From the human T2T-CHM13v2.0 reference genome, Homo sapiens: DNA of 64,000 nucleotides. Both the position numbers and the translations under genes were made by a program. Below are positions 40,100 through 51,445 of the stretch, one piece after another. Within the stretch, counting starts at the first letter, position 1, and every line of letters starts with the position of its first letter. Location of the stretch: NCBI RefSeq assembly GCF_009914755.1, contig NC_060926.1; one strand, written 5' to 3'. The notes beneath the pieces are model-generated. The model was not told the DNA's origin. It was given only the letters and a program-made list of their open reading frames with translations, and searched no databases.

Positions 40100-40300
40100 A
40101 TGGTAACAGTAGATTTTTATTAACCTACATTTGTCAATGCTTTTCCATTTACCAAGTGCTTTCTCATATGTTGGTTGCCCCAACAACCCTGTGAAGTTGG
40201 CAGAGAGTTGGGTGTTCTAAAATCACACAGCTTGAAGTCAAAGTGTGGATCTCAAATCCAGGTCATCTGAATTGCAGTATAGAATTCTTTCCTTCTGTTA
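40100..40300 (-). mobile_element. MIR, decayed
   Basis: caacaaccctgtgaagttgg, aatcacacagc, tcaaatccaggtcatctga. Confidence 0.55.
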
Positions 40301-41435
40301 ATATTCTCTTTTTAAATGACTGTTAATTCGTGATGATTTCCAGGTCTGAATGTACTCATAGGATCTCTTTTTTCCCCTTATGTGTTTTATTGCTCTGAAT
40401 AGTCCTAGAGAGAAAAGATCAGATTAAGTATTTTTTGTTCATTACTATGAAATGTTGAGTTTCACCATTTTTCAGTTATAGTCCAGTGTATAGCAAGTTT
40501 TAATGGGGACAAAGTCCTTGCAGAGCTTAAAAATGAAACCTTCTTAATAGGAAAAACATAACCTTGTTAATGGAAGTTTTGGTTGCTTTCCAGCCCAAAA
40601 ATACATTTTTAGAAATATATTAATTAACACTAGAAGTTATAATTTCCTTAAGTGCAAAGTATTATCATAAATAAGGTTGAGGAATATGGAATTGCTCTTC
40701 TTACCTTGCAGTCACATCTCATACAATGCTAATTGTGCCATACGCATAAGTAATATTGGGTTAAAATATCTCTCATGTTCCCTTAGAGATGATTAGAATT
40801 TTTAGGTGGAAATATTTTCCTATTGTATTAGAAGTCATTTAATCAGTCTTAATTCATACATCTCCTCAAAATGCCTACTCTTAAAATCAACTCTTTGGCA
40901 TACTCCGCCATCTGAATATTTGCTCATTTCTTTCCACCTTTTTTCAGACTTGATTCTGTGGCCCTATATCATGTTTGTGAACCTCATGTTGACGTCAGTC
41001 AGCATTTCAGTTCAGTATTACTCTCTATACCATAAATCACTGGAGTTTCTAAGTCTCTCATTAGCTTGATTCAAATCTTACATAAGATTTAGTTAGTGTC
41101 AGAACAATTCAACTGTGCACAAATTCTGGTCAAACAAAAACTATAAGAATTGAGATCATTTTAGAACATCTGTAGAAAAGTAGTAGATTTGATAGCCTAT
41201 TATAATTCTGTTAGCTCATTAATATAACAAATTTATGAAAATATTGTGGACTCTTTTCTAGAATTCTTTAAGATAGATTAAGTTTTCTTATAGTACTTCA
41301 CATATGGTTTTGCCTGGATAAAAGGCAATATATCTAGAATCTTTGATCTCTTACAATACTCTCCAAGGAAAATGGTCAGAATAAAAATTTCAAATGTCAA
41401 TATCTGGTCTATAAAAAATTCTAATAAGTGCTTTT

Positions 41436-41591
41436 TAAATAAAACATTTCAATAGGGTATTTTTATTGTGGTGAAATATATATTGCATAAAATTTACAAT
41501 TTTAACTAAAGTGTGTAATTCAGTGGCATTAATTAATTCAGTGTTTTGCAACTATCACCACTATTTCCAAAACCTTTTCATTACCTAAACT
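41436..41591 (-). mobile_element. Short L1MB-type 3' end with TSD
   Basis: tttttattgtggtgaaatat...cataaaatttacaattttaac...aattcagtggcatta; TSD taataagtgctttt at 41422-41435 and 41592-41605. Confidence 0.8.
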
Positions 41592-42269
41592 TAATAAGTG
41601 CTTTTGAAATTACAGGAAAATATTAAAACTTTTCTATGCCGGTTGACTAACCCTGAATAATGCCTTGAGTTTTAATAGGTCAGTAAAAATGTTTTGGGTC
41701 AAAAACAGAGTGTTCATTTTGTAATATTTTTGTTTCTTACTAGGATAAACTTAACCACATCTTTTGGCTCATTGATTATTGTTAAAATTCAGTTTTTTTG
41801 GGGGGTAGGGTGATTGCTTTTGTGAGCCTTCTTTTAATCCTTTTTATCAGAGTATCACAAAATTAAACTCAACATCTGTTTAACATCAGAGAGATTTGAT
41901 GATCATGTGCGTTGCCACATGTACAGTCCAAAGATGAAACTCAGTTCAGTTTAAAGAGACTCCAAAAACAGATGACTAAAGGAAACAGTACTTGGAAATG
42001 GGAGTGAGAGAAACATTCATCTTACTGAGTCATTATGGGTCAAAGCCTTCCATGTACTGTGTAAAAACCATAGAAAGAACCAGTTTGGTAAATTCCAATG
42101 AAGTGATCATACATTGAGCACATTTATAACTTTTCAATTTAAAGCATTGGTCCATTTGCTTTTGGATAATAGTGGGGATGATTTCCTAGTAACTGATGAT
42201 ATGTACTAGTAAGTAATAAAACTGAGTTTCCCTACATATGGTGTGTTTGTTATAACCTACACCTCTTTC

Positions 42270-42560
42270 TTCACCTATAAAACACATATTTGCCCCTAAG
42301 GATCTAAATTAAATACTTTGTTTTGTGAAGTCTTCCTCAACTCCCATAGACAGTCAATCAGTCTTCCTTTGGTGTTAATAATATGCTATAAGAAATACAT
42401 ATTATAGCAAACATCACATTAAATTCCTGTTTTTTCTACACTGTGAGCTGCTCAAGGGTAGAGGCTATCTTTTATTCCTGCTTATATTCTCAGTATAGTT
42501 CATGTTCCATAGTAGAATCCCATTAAATATTTGTTGACTCACTATTTGAATGGATGAACT
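42270..42560 (+). mobile_element. LINE-2 3' end
   Basis: ctgtgagctgctcaagggtagagg...taaatatttgttga...tgaatggatgaa. Confidence 0.7.
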
Positions 42561-43128
42561 GATCAATGTAAGCATCCATACTGGAGTCTTCATTTTTTAA
42601 CAGCATCTCAATTATAAGATGTTCATATTTTATTTACTAAGGCAATTAGCAAAATATATATAGGGTTCAGTCGTATGCATTGAGGCAGCAGACATTTCCA
42701 TTTATGACATAAGCTGAAGGCAAAGTATTCTTATCACAAACTCCTGGGCATTTGTCAGTGCCTGTAGAAAACTCAAATGACATCTGCAATAGAAATACCT
42801 GGATGTCTGTGTTTGTTGGTTGTGGGGTTTGAGAAGGCATTACAGGGGGATGTGTCTCCTCCAAGTTGCCTATGCTAGACTGTGATATCTCCATCATCTG
42901 CTTTGTTCCTGGGCAAAGGCTCAGCACTGGCCCCAGTCATGGGCACTGGTTGGGGGAACATTCCATTTGACATGGCGCCTACCACAGAGGTGTGCTCGTG
43001 TTGGCACTATAGCTGTTAACAGTACCACAGAGGTAATAGCACAGAGGGAATAGCCTGACCCAAGGTGTCACCATGCATCTCTGTGACTAGACAGTGGGAC
43101 TTCCCTTACTCCTCTCCAGGCTCTGTTT

Positions 43129-43452
43129 TTAAATTTTTTTTATTTTTTTATTTTATTATTATTATACTTTAAGTTTTAGGGTACATGTGCACAGTGTGCA
43201 GGTTAGTTACATATGTATACATGTGCCATGCTGGTGTGCTGCACCCATTAACTCGTCATTTAGCATTAGGTATATCTCCTAAAACTATCCCTTCCCCCTC
43301 CCCCCACCCCACAACAGTCCCCAGAGTGTGATGTTCCCCTTCCTGTGTCCATGTGTTCTCATTGTTCAATTCCCACCTGTGAGTGAGAACATGTGGTGTC
43401 TGGTTTTTTGTCCTTGCGATAGTTTACTGAGAATGATGATTTCCAATTTCAT
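43129..43452 (-). mobile_element. 5'-truncated young primate L1 (L1PA3-like) 3' end, apparently inserted in a MIR
   Basis: T-rich tail then tatactttaagttttagggtacatgtgcac..., near-identical to the L1PA 3' UTR; possible TSD tctgttt. Confidence 0.95.
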
Positions 43453-45268
43453 CTGTTTATGGATGTAGATGGCATTTCTCTACCTTCAGTAGCTTCGTGG
43501 GACCATCCTTTCATTTCCTCTCCTTTCATTTTATCTCTCTTCCCTTTGTTTCCCTTCTGATTCCTCCTTTGCCCTGAAGGAAAGTTATGAAGCTCTAGGT
43601 GGCAGAGTGCAAATGGGTAAAGATGGGGTGTTCATTAGCGCCTGATGTATTCACTGTGTGTAAACCCAGCCTACCCATCTCAGAGACCACCTTTGCCTGA
43701 AATCCTCTATTTAACATGTGGCATTCAGAGCAGAAGCGTCTGAAAGGCACATTTCTTCCACTAAACCTCCAAGAGGACAAACCCAGCAAGGACATAGTGG
43801 ATTTATCTGAGTTTAATGGTATTAGCCTGAGACCAGCCATGATGTGCCAAAGACATTGGCAATTTGGAAAACTACCAACAGAGTCCTAATGTCAGTCATG
43901 TCTGTATAGGGCTACCTTGGTGACTTTTTTGCTAAAATTCAGGGACTTAGCTGGTCTCCTCAGCCAGGCAGTTGGAGTGATTTATTTTCTGGGACTGAAA
44001 TGACCAGTGGATTCAGTGAAAGCAATTAGACTGACTTTGTATAGATACTGGAATTTTCCTTTCCCATGATTAACAAACAGAGTAATTAAGCCTCGTTTGT
44101 TTGTGCTCATTCTGGAACAGAACAGCTATGGCAAAGGGGGAGGGGAAAGGGGTTGACTTTTCTCTGGCACTGGAAATCAAAATGCACATTTGTCTTTGTG
44201 TATACAGAAAGAGAGGGAAAAAGAGAACAAGAGGGGCAGAGAAGGAGAGAGGCAGAGAAGAAGTGAGGCAGAGAACAGAAATTACCTGCTTTAGAGAGTG
44301 GAGTGGGGTTGGGACTCCCTTTCCAGGGGTTGGAAGATTAAGGCAGCACTTGGGTCTGGAACACTGCTACTGTTCCCCAGGTATGGTTAAATAGATACAT
44401 CTTGGCAACAGATTCAGAATCCCCCCCCAAGACCTGTAATTAACCGTTACAATTGCCTATGTTTTCCAAAATGAAAATTTCCTTAAAACTTAATCCACAT
44501 ATTTTAACCTTTTAAATCTTTTGTAAAGAGATAAATAGCATGTGGGGGAAGTTACCCCTTCTTGAAGAATGACGATTAACCTGAACTCAGCTATAATTAT
44601 AAGGAAAGGAGAATCTTTAGAAAAGCAATGGCAGGGTACTAGGTTTTATATCCTGTTGTACCTAGATTTAGAGTATTTTGGTTTCCATTACAGCTGCCTG
44701 AGCATTTCTTCCTCTGTGTAAGATGATTTTTAGATTTCTCATTCACCACATGCTTTAAATTTTAATAACGTTATAGACATGGAAGGTCCTGATTTTCTGC
44801 CTCTTACCAGTCTCATCCTCTTACCTCAGCTGCTAGAAACTGTTCTCTCCACAGTAAGCCTGTTTGCATCCTAAAGCCTTCAGCAGTGAGGGTGGAAATG
44901 GGTTCTTGAATATCAGGCTCAGAGTGGGGACCTGTGACCTGCTTTCCAGATGGAAACCATGAGAGCCGTGCATGTAGACATATTCCCAATTGCTGAAAAC
45001 AAAGAGGTGGTAAGCACAGGATGGTGCTGGTGGCGAAGAACCATGTCTTCTCATTTAACAAAGACTATTCAGAAAATAGACATTTTAGAACAAATCTGAA
45101 TGCTAATAGAATTTCTGAAAAGGGAGAGAATGGATATAAAGTATACTGTAATCAACACTGGGAAGTTCTGGTAGACCAAAATGAATGTACAGTTTCTGTG
45201 TGGCAGCCTGCAGCCAAGCCAGATGGCTGACAGTGGGCCTTACCTTCACTACCTCTTGAGTATAGACA

Positions 45269-45373
45269 ATGAAAAAAATTGAGAACATGGAAAGAGTTTT
45301 ATCAAGACTTGGAAGATCTTTAAATCATCCTTGCATGTAGTGCACAATCATGGCTCACACACCAGCTATCTTG
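45269..45373 (+). repeat. Copy A of a diverged ~110-bp local direct duplication
   Basis: Aligns end to end with 46187-46299. Confidence 0.8.
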
Positions 45374-45884
45374 CTTCCCAGTTATGAAAATGGAGCACTC
45401 TGTCCCCACCCCCAACATGACCCACAGGAATCTGTGTCTCCTGGAAAGGCTGGGGACTGCAGTGGCCATTGAGACCAAGTGGAAAAAAAATCTCAGTGCA
45501 CCCAGCAGGCCACTTCTCTCTAGCAATATCAAAGTGTGCTGTTTAGGAAAGCCAGCCTCTTCCTTAGTTTGAGATCCTCTATTTTTATATAATATTAACT
45601 CTCATTTCAATGTGAACATCTGAACAAAAAGTTTTTTCCAAATGAATAGAGCCAAGGGGAGATATTGTATTGAGTGTGGACAGCAGAATGAGAAAGAAAA
45701 TGTTTTAGTACTTCTAGTTCCATTTAGTCTTCTTGATACTTTTCTCTTAGGCCAAACCACTTTGAGTAACAGAGGTCCTTGGCTAAGTTCCAGGTGGAAA
45801 GAAGCAAACTGGCATTCAGTTCCATTCTCTTTCTCATCTTGCCCTTTTTTGAGGTAGCACTGACTGGTATGTTAATTTCACTGG

Positions 45885-46445
45885 TTCATTTTTCATTTAA
45901 TAAATATGTACCTAAGATTTACTTCATGGGAAGTGCTGTGTTAGATGCTAGTGATGCAAAGATTAAAAAGACAGGTTGCAGCCTGGAGTGACTCCTTTGG
46001 GTGGAATTAAGGAAGCATCAAGGAATTTAGCAACTCAGTGGGAAAGGATTGGGGTGGAGTTCTAGAGGGGGAATCTGCTTGAGCTGAGATAGGGCAGACA
46101 ATGAGCACGAGGTGCTCCCAGCAAGGGGAATAGGTCAGACAAATGTGGGTGAGTGAGAGAATATAGAGGGAGCCATGAAGTAAATGATGAAATAAATGGA
46201 GAAGATGGGAACGTGTACTTTTATCAAGAGTTGGAGCATCTTCTCAATTGTCTTTGCATGTAGTGCATAAAACCAAGGCTCATCCATCAGTCACTCTTGG
46301 CCTATGGAAGGTGGGGTCTACATGAAATATGACCTTGGTGTTATACTAAGCAGTTTTGACTTCTAAGTATTTGGTAGGGAGCACTGAAGGATTTGCAGTT
46401 GGGACTTACATGTCCATATTTTCATTTTGGAAAATGTATTGTGAC
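45885..46445 (-). mobile_element. LINE-2 fragment, decayed, interrupted by duplication copy B
   Basis: ttcatttaataaatatgta...gtgctgtgttagatgctagtgatgcaaagat...gggagcactgaaggattt. Confidence 0.6.
46187..46299 (+). repeat. Copy B of the diverged local duplication
   Basis: Exact shared blocks ttttatcaaga and ttgcatgtagtgca. Confidence 0.8.
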
Positions 46446-49289
46446 CCTCAGTTCTAAATGACCGAGCCTTACTTAAATCACCTTATGCCTAAAGGAAATT
46501 TTGAGTAAAGTTGAAATATTCTATGTCTTCTAAATAGTAACCTAAATTTCATTTAGATAATTAAATATGTGTAACTACCTTTCTTTCTCTCTCTCTTTTT
46601 TTTTTTTTTTGGTCTAAGTTGGTCTACAGTGTCTGAAAGAGTTGAATGGATTTCTTTAGAAGCAGAGGAAGTGTACTTTGATACTGTTGGTGTGCCATGG
46701 ATATACAAGGGCGCAGGGTTAGCCTGGGATGAATCATTCACATGAATTCAGAAACATTGCTATTAAATGAAAAAAATGTATTTATTATAGAGTAGAATGC
46801 AATTGGCATGTTTTAAAAACAAACATGAGGCATGAAGGAAGTTTCTACTTTGGGCTGAATCTCAAGCCCTTTTGGGTGGGTGCCTGCAGTGGGGTTGTCA
46901 AGAAGACTGAGAAGCACTGGGCTCTGTTGTTGAGCAAAGCCAAGCACAAGAAGGTCCTTATGCAAAGATGGTGTGTCAGGAGAACATGTCTGGGTGTTAG
47001 TTAATGCTTGTGGAACTCTCACAACTCCACTAGGGGGATGAGGAGCTGGGAAGGTGGGGGTTGTGGTGGGAGGGAGAGTCGTAATTCTTGTTTCAAGGCC
47101 TGGCTTCTTTTTTACAAGATGATTAGCTACATTTAGAAACCTATTCTTTACACATTCTTAATTTTGCTGGAGTTGGAATATCTTTTCCTCTTCTCTGTGT
47201 TGGTATTTTATGAGCAGATCAACTCAATCTGTTTTCAATAACATTCAAGTTAATAGTACTATGACTTAGATGAAAAGAAAATTAAAAGTTATCAACAGCT
47301 TGGTATACTTAACCCTTCCTAATGCTGGGCACATTGGCTCTCCTTTCCTGGATGGACTGAGAAAATTCTGGAAAGTAGTTGCCCAACAAAATAGGTTAGT
47401 ACTGTACTGCACACTTTGTTCAGCTTTACTGTGGGCATTGTCAGATCAGGTTACAGCATAGGATTTAAAGGTCAATTATGCCATGACTTTAGGGGAAAGA
47501 AAGAGTGACTAGAAGGTTAAAAAAAACCCCTAAGTTTTGGCTTTTAAAGACTTATGAAATTGTATTCCCTTTGTGACATTTGATGAATCACTTTTCTTAA
47601 TTTCCATTCTGATAATAATCTCCCTAACGTTTTCCTAGGAAGCTCTTTCATGGCAAAAATACTGTCCTGTAGATGCCCGAGAGAGTTGGGGCCAGTTATA
47701 CAGGGTGGGGGAGAGTTGGGGTAGCTACTCCTGTCTCTCCGAGTTGATTTGATACTGCTTCCTTGAATTTACTGAAATTAAGACACCTGAAGAGATTAAA
47801 ATTTTGTGGCATAAAAACAGTCACAGCTAGGCATGGAACTGGTTTCAGGGAGAATGACCAAGTTAGGCATTTAGAGGATGAGAACCAAATTACAGATATA
47901 CGAAAATTAGAGAAGCCAAAATGACCCCATGCATTAATGAATGGCCTGAGGGAACATCTGTGGTTGTCTGCGTCTTAGCTTACAAACTGAATCCAGGGAC
48001 GTTTTCATCACAATGCCTGCATCTGAATAGCATGGAAGGTCACCAGGATTAAGAGTTTTGACCTGTCAGCGCAATGGGGTTTAGGTTTGGTATCTTTATT
48101 TTTGGTCTGTAAGCTCTTTTGTTCAAGGCAAAGTTGATCTCTCCCTGAGCCAGGCCTTGAGTGGAGGTGGACTGGCTTCGTGTTTCTAATTAGTCAGACA
48201 CTCCCCCTGCTCCTGACTACTGATGGATGTCATGTTAGTTCAGGACCCCAAGCCCTCTCTCTCTTTGAGCTGCAGTGCAGGGATCCACTTTAGTACTGAA
48301 CTGTCATTTGTATGGTTAGCATGGTGGCCGGCTGTCTTGAGATTATGTTAGCAGACCCCCTCCCTATCCCTGGCTCTTGACCTTTTAGCATACAGCCTCT
48401 TGGCATTTTCCCAAATGGAATAATATATGTGTAAGCACATTGAACAGCATTATATGCTGTTTGCTAATCAGATGTGGTTGACTGTAATTATCTTGCATTC
48501 AGTTCCTTGTTGGTAGATATTCTGTACAGGTAGTTCATTCGTATTTTGGATCTTGATTAATTTTCACAGTGCCATATATTGACCTTGAAAGAAGTCTTGG
48601 TCAGTTTTGAAAATCTTTAACCATGCAATGGTTAGTCCTTCAGCCCCACCATTTACTTTGGCTGTCTGGCCTCTTACCTGAAGCATCTTATTACTTGATC
48701 TCTACTTCGAATGATCTCTTTTCCATCCTTTGGGAAGGACAGTGGCCCTTGTCCCTCAGGGGAGACCCTCCTACATGCTGTAGCTGTGAAGCTAAATGCT
48801 CACTGGTTCTTACTGGTTTAGGGGATATGGGGAGGCCTGGCTTGTCCTGGATCCCTATCTTCTACTCATGCAGTACTTCCTGTGGTTCCATTTAATTGTA
48901 CATTTGTATGTTGGTCATTTCAACCTTGCTTAGTGGCCCTCTGTCCTACTTAGAGACAGCTAACTTTTTTGGCTTTCTGGAAAATTCCTTGAGATTTGTT
49001 GCAGCATTGCCCACTCCTCAGTCATGTAGGCCCTGCCTGTACTGCTTATCCTAGCTTACATTTTAAATCTCAGTACCTCAATTCTTATGATAGCCAATTC
49101 TATCTTAGTATTATGACTTCTTGATGTCCAGCAGAAAATATTGCAATCCATTAACACACAGAGTAGTGTAGACAGTTAATTGAATGGAAATATTACTAGA
49201 TGTACTTTATAGATGATGAACAGATTATGACATTGTATAGATATAATTGGGTTCTTCCTTGGAGAGATTCATCAATAATAAAAACAACT

Positions 49290-49470
49290 TTTATTTATTG
49301 AGAACATATGCTGGATTGCATAATGCTCTAAATATTTCCTCTAACACTTTCAACCTGTATGGTGAGCATTGGTATCCTCATTTTATAGAGGAAGGACATG
49401 AGATGCTTGCCTGAGGTGGAATCAGTGTTATTGTGCCAGTATATCTGACTTCAAAGTCAGTTTTCCATTA
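49290..49470 (-). mobile_element. MIR
   Basis: atttattgag...tatcctcattttatagaggaagga...tctgacttcaaag. Confidence 0.65.
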
Positions 49471-50337
49471 GGCTGTGTGGCTATATATTCACAAAGAAGA
49501 ATCCTAGTGGTGATAATTAGTGACCTACTATTGGCAGGAGAAGACACTAGCATTCTCTTGAATGTACACCATATTTGCTTGTCAACTGATTGATCCTTTT
49601 TTGTTATCTGCCAGACGCTGACATGGTCTTGAATTTTAAAGGTAAGTAAGACTCGGCTCTTACCTCAAACATTTCATAGTTGAGTGGGGGAACCACTTGT
49701 TTAATGTCACTGATTTTTTGGTCTGTTTTAGAAAGGTCATGAAACTACTACCTTTGAGCTTTTTCTTATTCCAACTCCCTTTTTTCCCCCCCGATAATGG
49801 AGAAAACTTCTTGCCCTAAAGAAACGCACCTTAAGGGATGGCATGGACTATTGTGGATCTTCATATGCTTGTGGGTTTTTTTTTTCTTTAAACTTATTTT
49901 GTTACTGGAGCTGTGTGATCTTTGCTTTGAGGTCAAATTCCACAAAAGGAGCTAAGATTGTATAATTATGTTTCACATCTATAGGGCCCCTCATGATCTA
50001 TAAAATGCCTTCCATATACATTATTTGATTTGCTTCTAGAAGGGCAAATATTTGATCCCTGTTTCACAGTGGTACACTTAGGGGCCACTCAAGGGTATGT
50101 GATGAGCTGGACATGACCCTGAGTTCTCCCTGCCTGTGACATACCTCCCTTTCAATAAGAGGAAGAGGTGTTGCTGGCAGAAGCTTTCTGGAAGAATAGA
50201 AGGTGTATTAGAAGGAAATGTGGCTATGTGCATCCCTATTGGTGGGGAAATAGAAACTAATTGATGTACCTCACCAGGACAAATGGTTTGGCCAACTGGG
50301 GCCCAGAAACAAAGCAGGGGGAAGCCATAGAAGTCGG

Positions 50338-50718
50338 TGCCTGAATCAGCTAGGGCTGCCATAACGAAATACCACAGACTGGGTGGCTCATACAACAGAC
50401 ATTTATTTTCCCATAGTTCTGGAGGCCAAGAAGGCCAAGATCAAGGTGCCAGCCAATTTGGGTCTTGGTGAGGACCCACCTCCTGGCTTACAGACTTTTG
50501 CCTTCTAGTTGTGTCCTCCCATGGGGATGGGGTGGTTAGGGCAGACCAAGTTCCATGGTGCCCCTTCCTATATAGGGCACTAATCTCATCATGAGAGTCC
50601 TACTCTCCTGAACTCATCTAACCCTAATCACCTCCCAAAGGCACATCTCCAAATACCGTCACACTGGAGGTTAGGGCTTCACCATGAATTTTGTGGGGAT
50701 ACCATTCAGTACATAGCA
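50338..50718 (-). mobile_element. MLT1A0/B-like MaLR LTR
   Basis: gggctgccataacgaaataccacagactgggtggct...ccaagatcaaggtgccagc...ttcagtacatagca. Confidence 0.88.
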
Positions 50719-51159
50719 TAATGGTGGAGAGGTTAAAACATGTGGAGGAAGATCGCACTCCAGGATGGTCAGGGCAAGTGTGTGGGTGTTTAATTGTGGG
50801 CATAAAAGGCACAATCAACAAGGTTATAGAAAACAATGTCTCAGTGGTTTGTTTGGACTGCAAGTAAGAGGAAAGTGGGACTTGTGAATGCTTGGCATAA
50901 CTCAGCTCTTCTCTCAACTCTTGGAAACTCACAGGGTAACCAGTCCCCCTGAGGACCAGGGAAGCTGTGACGGATGGGAGAGAGTGTTGTCCCCATTGCC
51001 ATAAGCAGAATGCAGACGTGTTATTTATTTATTTTTGAGGCTATACGAATATCTGTTGTTTTGAAATATATTAGGTCCAAATTTGACCCCCTGGGAAAGT
51101 TTTCTGTCACTTGAGAGGATACTGCTTTATGTATGACCCCACTAGAAAGACTAATCCTT

Positions 51160-51445
51160 GGCTGGGCGCGGTGGCTCATGCCTGTGATCCCAGCACTTTG
51201 GGAGGCTGAGGCGGCCGGATCACAAGGTCCGGAGTTCAAGACCAGCCTGACCAATATGGTGAAACTCCGTCTCTTCTAAAAATACAAAAAAATTTAGCTG
51301 GGCCTGATGGTGAGTGCCTATAGTTCCAGCTACTTGGGAGGCTGAGGCAGGAGAATCACTTGAACTGGGAAGCAGAGGATGCAGTGAGCCAAGATCGTGC
51401 CACTGTGCTCCAGCCTGGGCGACAGAGCGAGACTCCATCTCACAA
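51160..51445 (+). mobile_element. AluS (Sg-like) full-length Alu with a very short tail
   Basis: Dimeric Alu; TSD agaaagacYaatcYtt. Confidence 0.95.

Noticed and set aside
46184-46300. Box C-like ATGATGA at the start of duplication copy B, suggesting a C/D snoRNA
   Set aside because: No suitably placed CTGA box D with a terminal stem, and copy A lacks the motif
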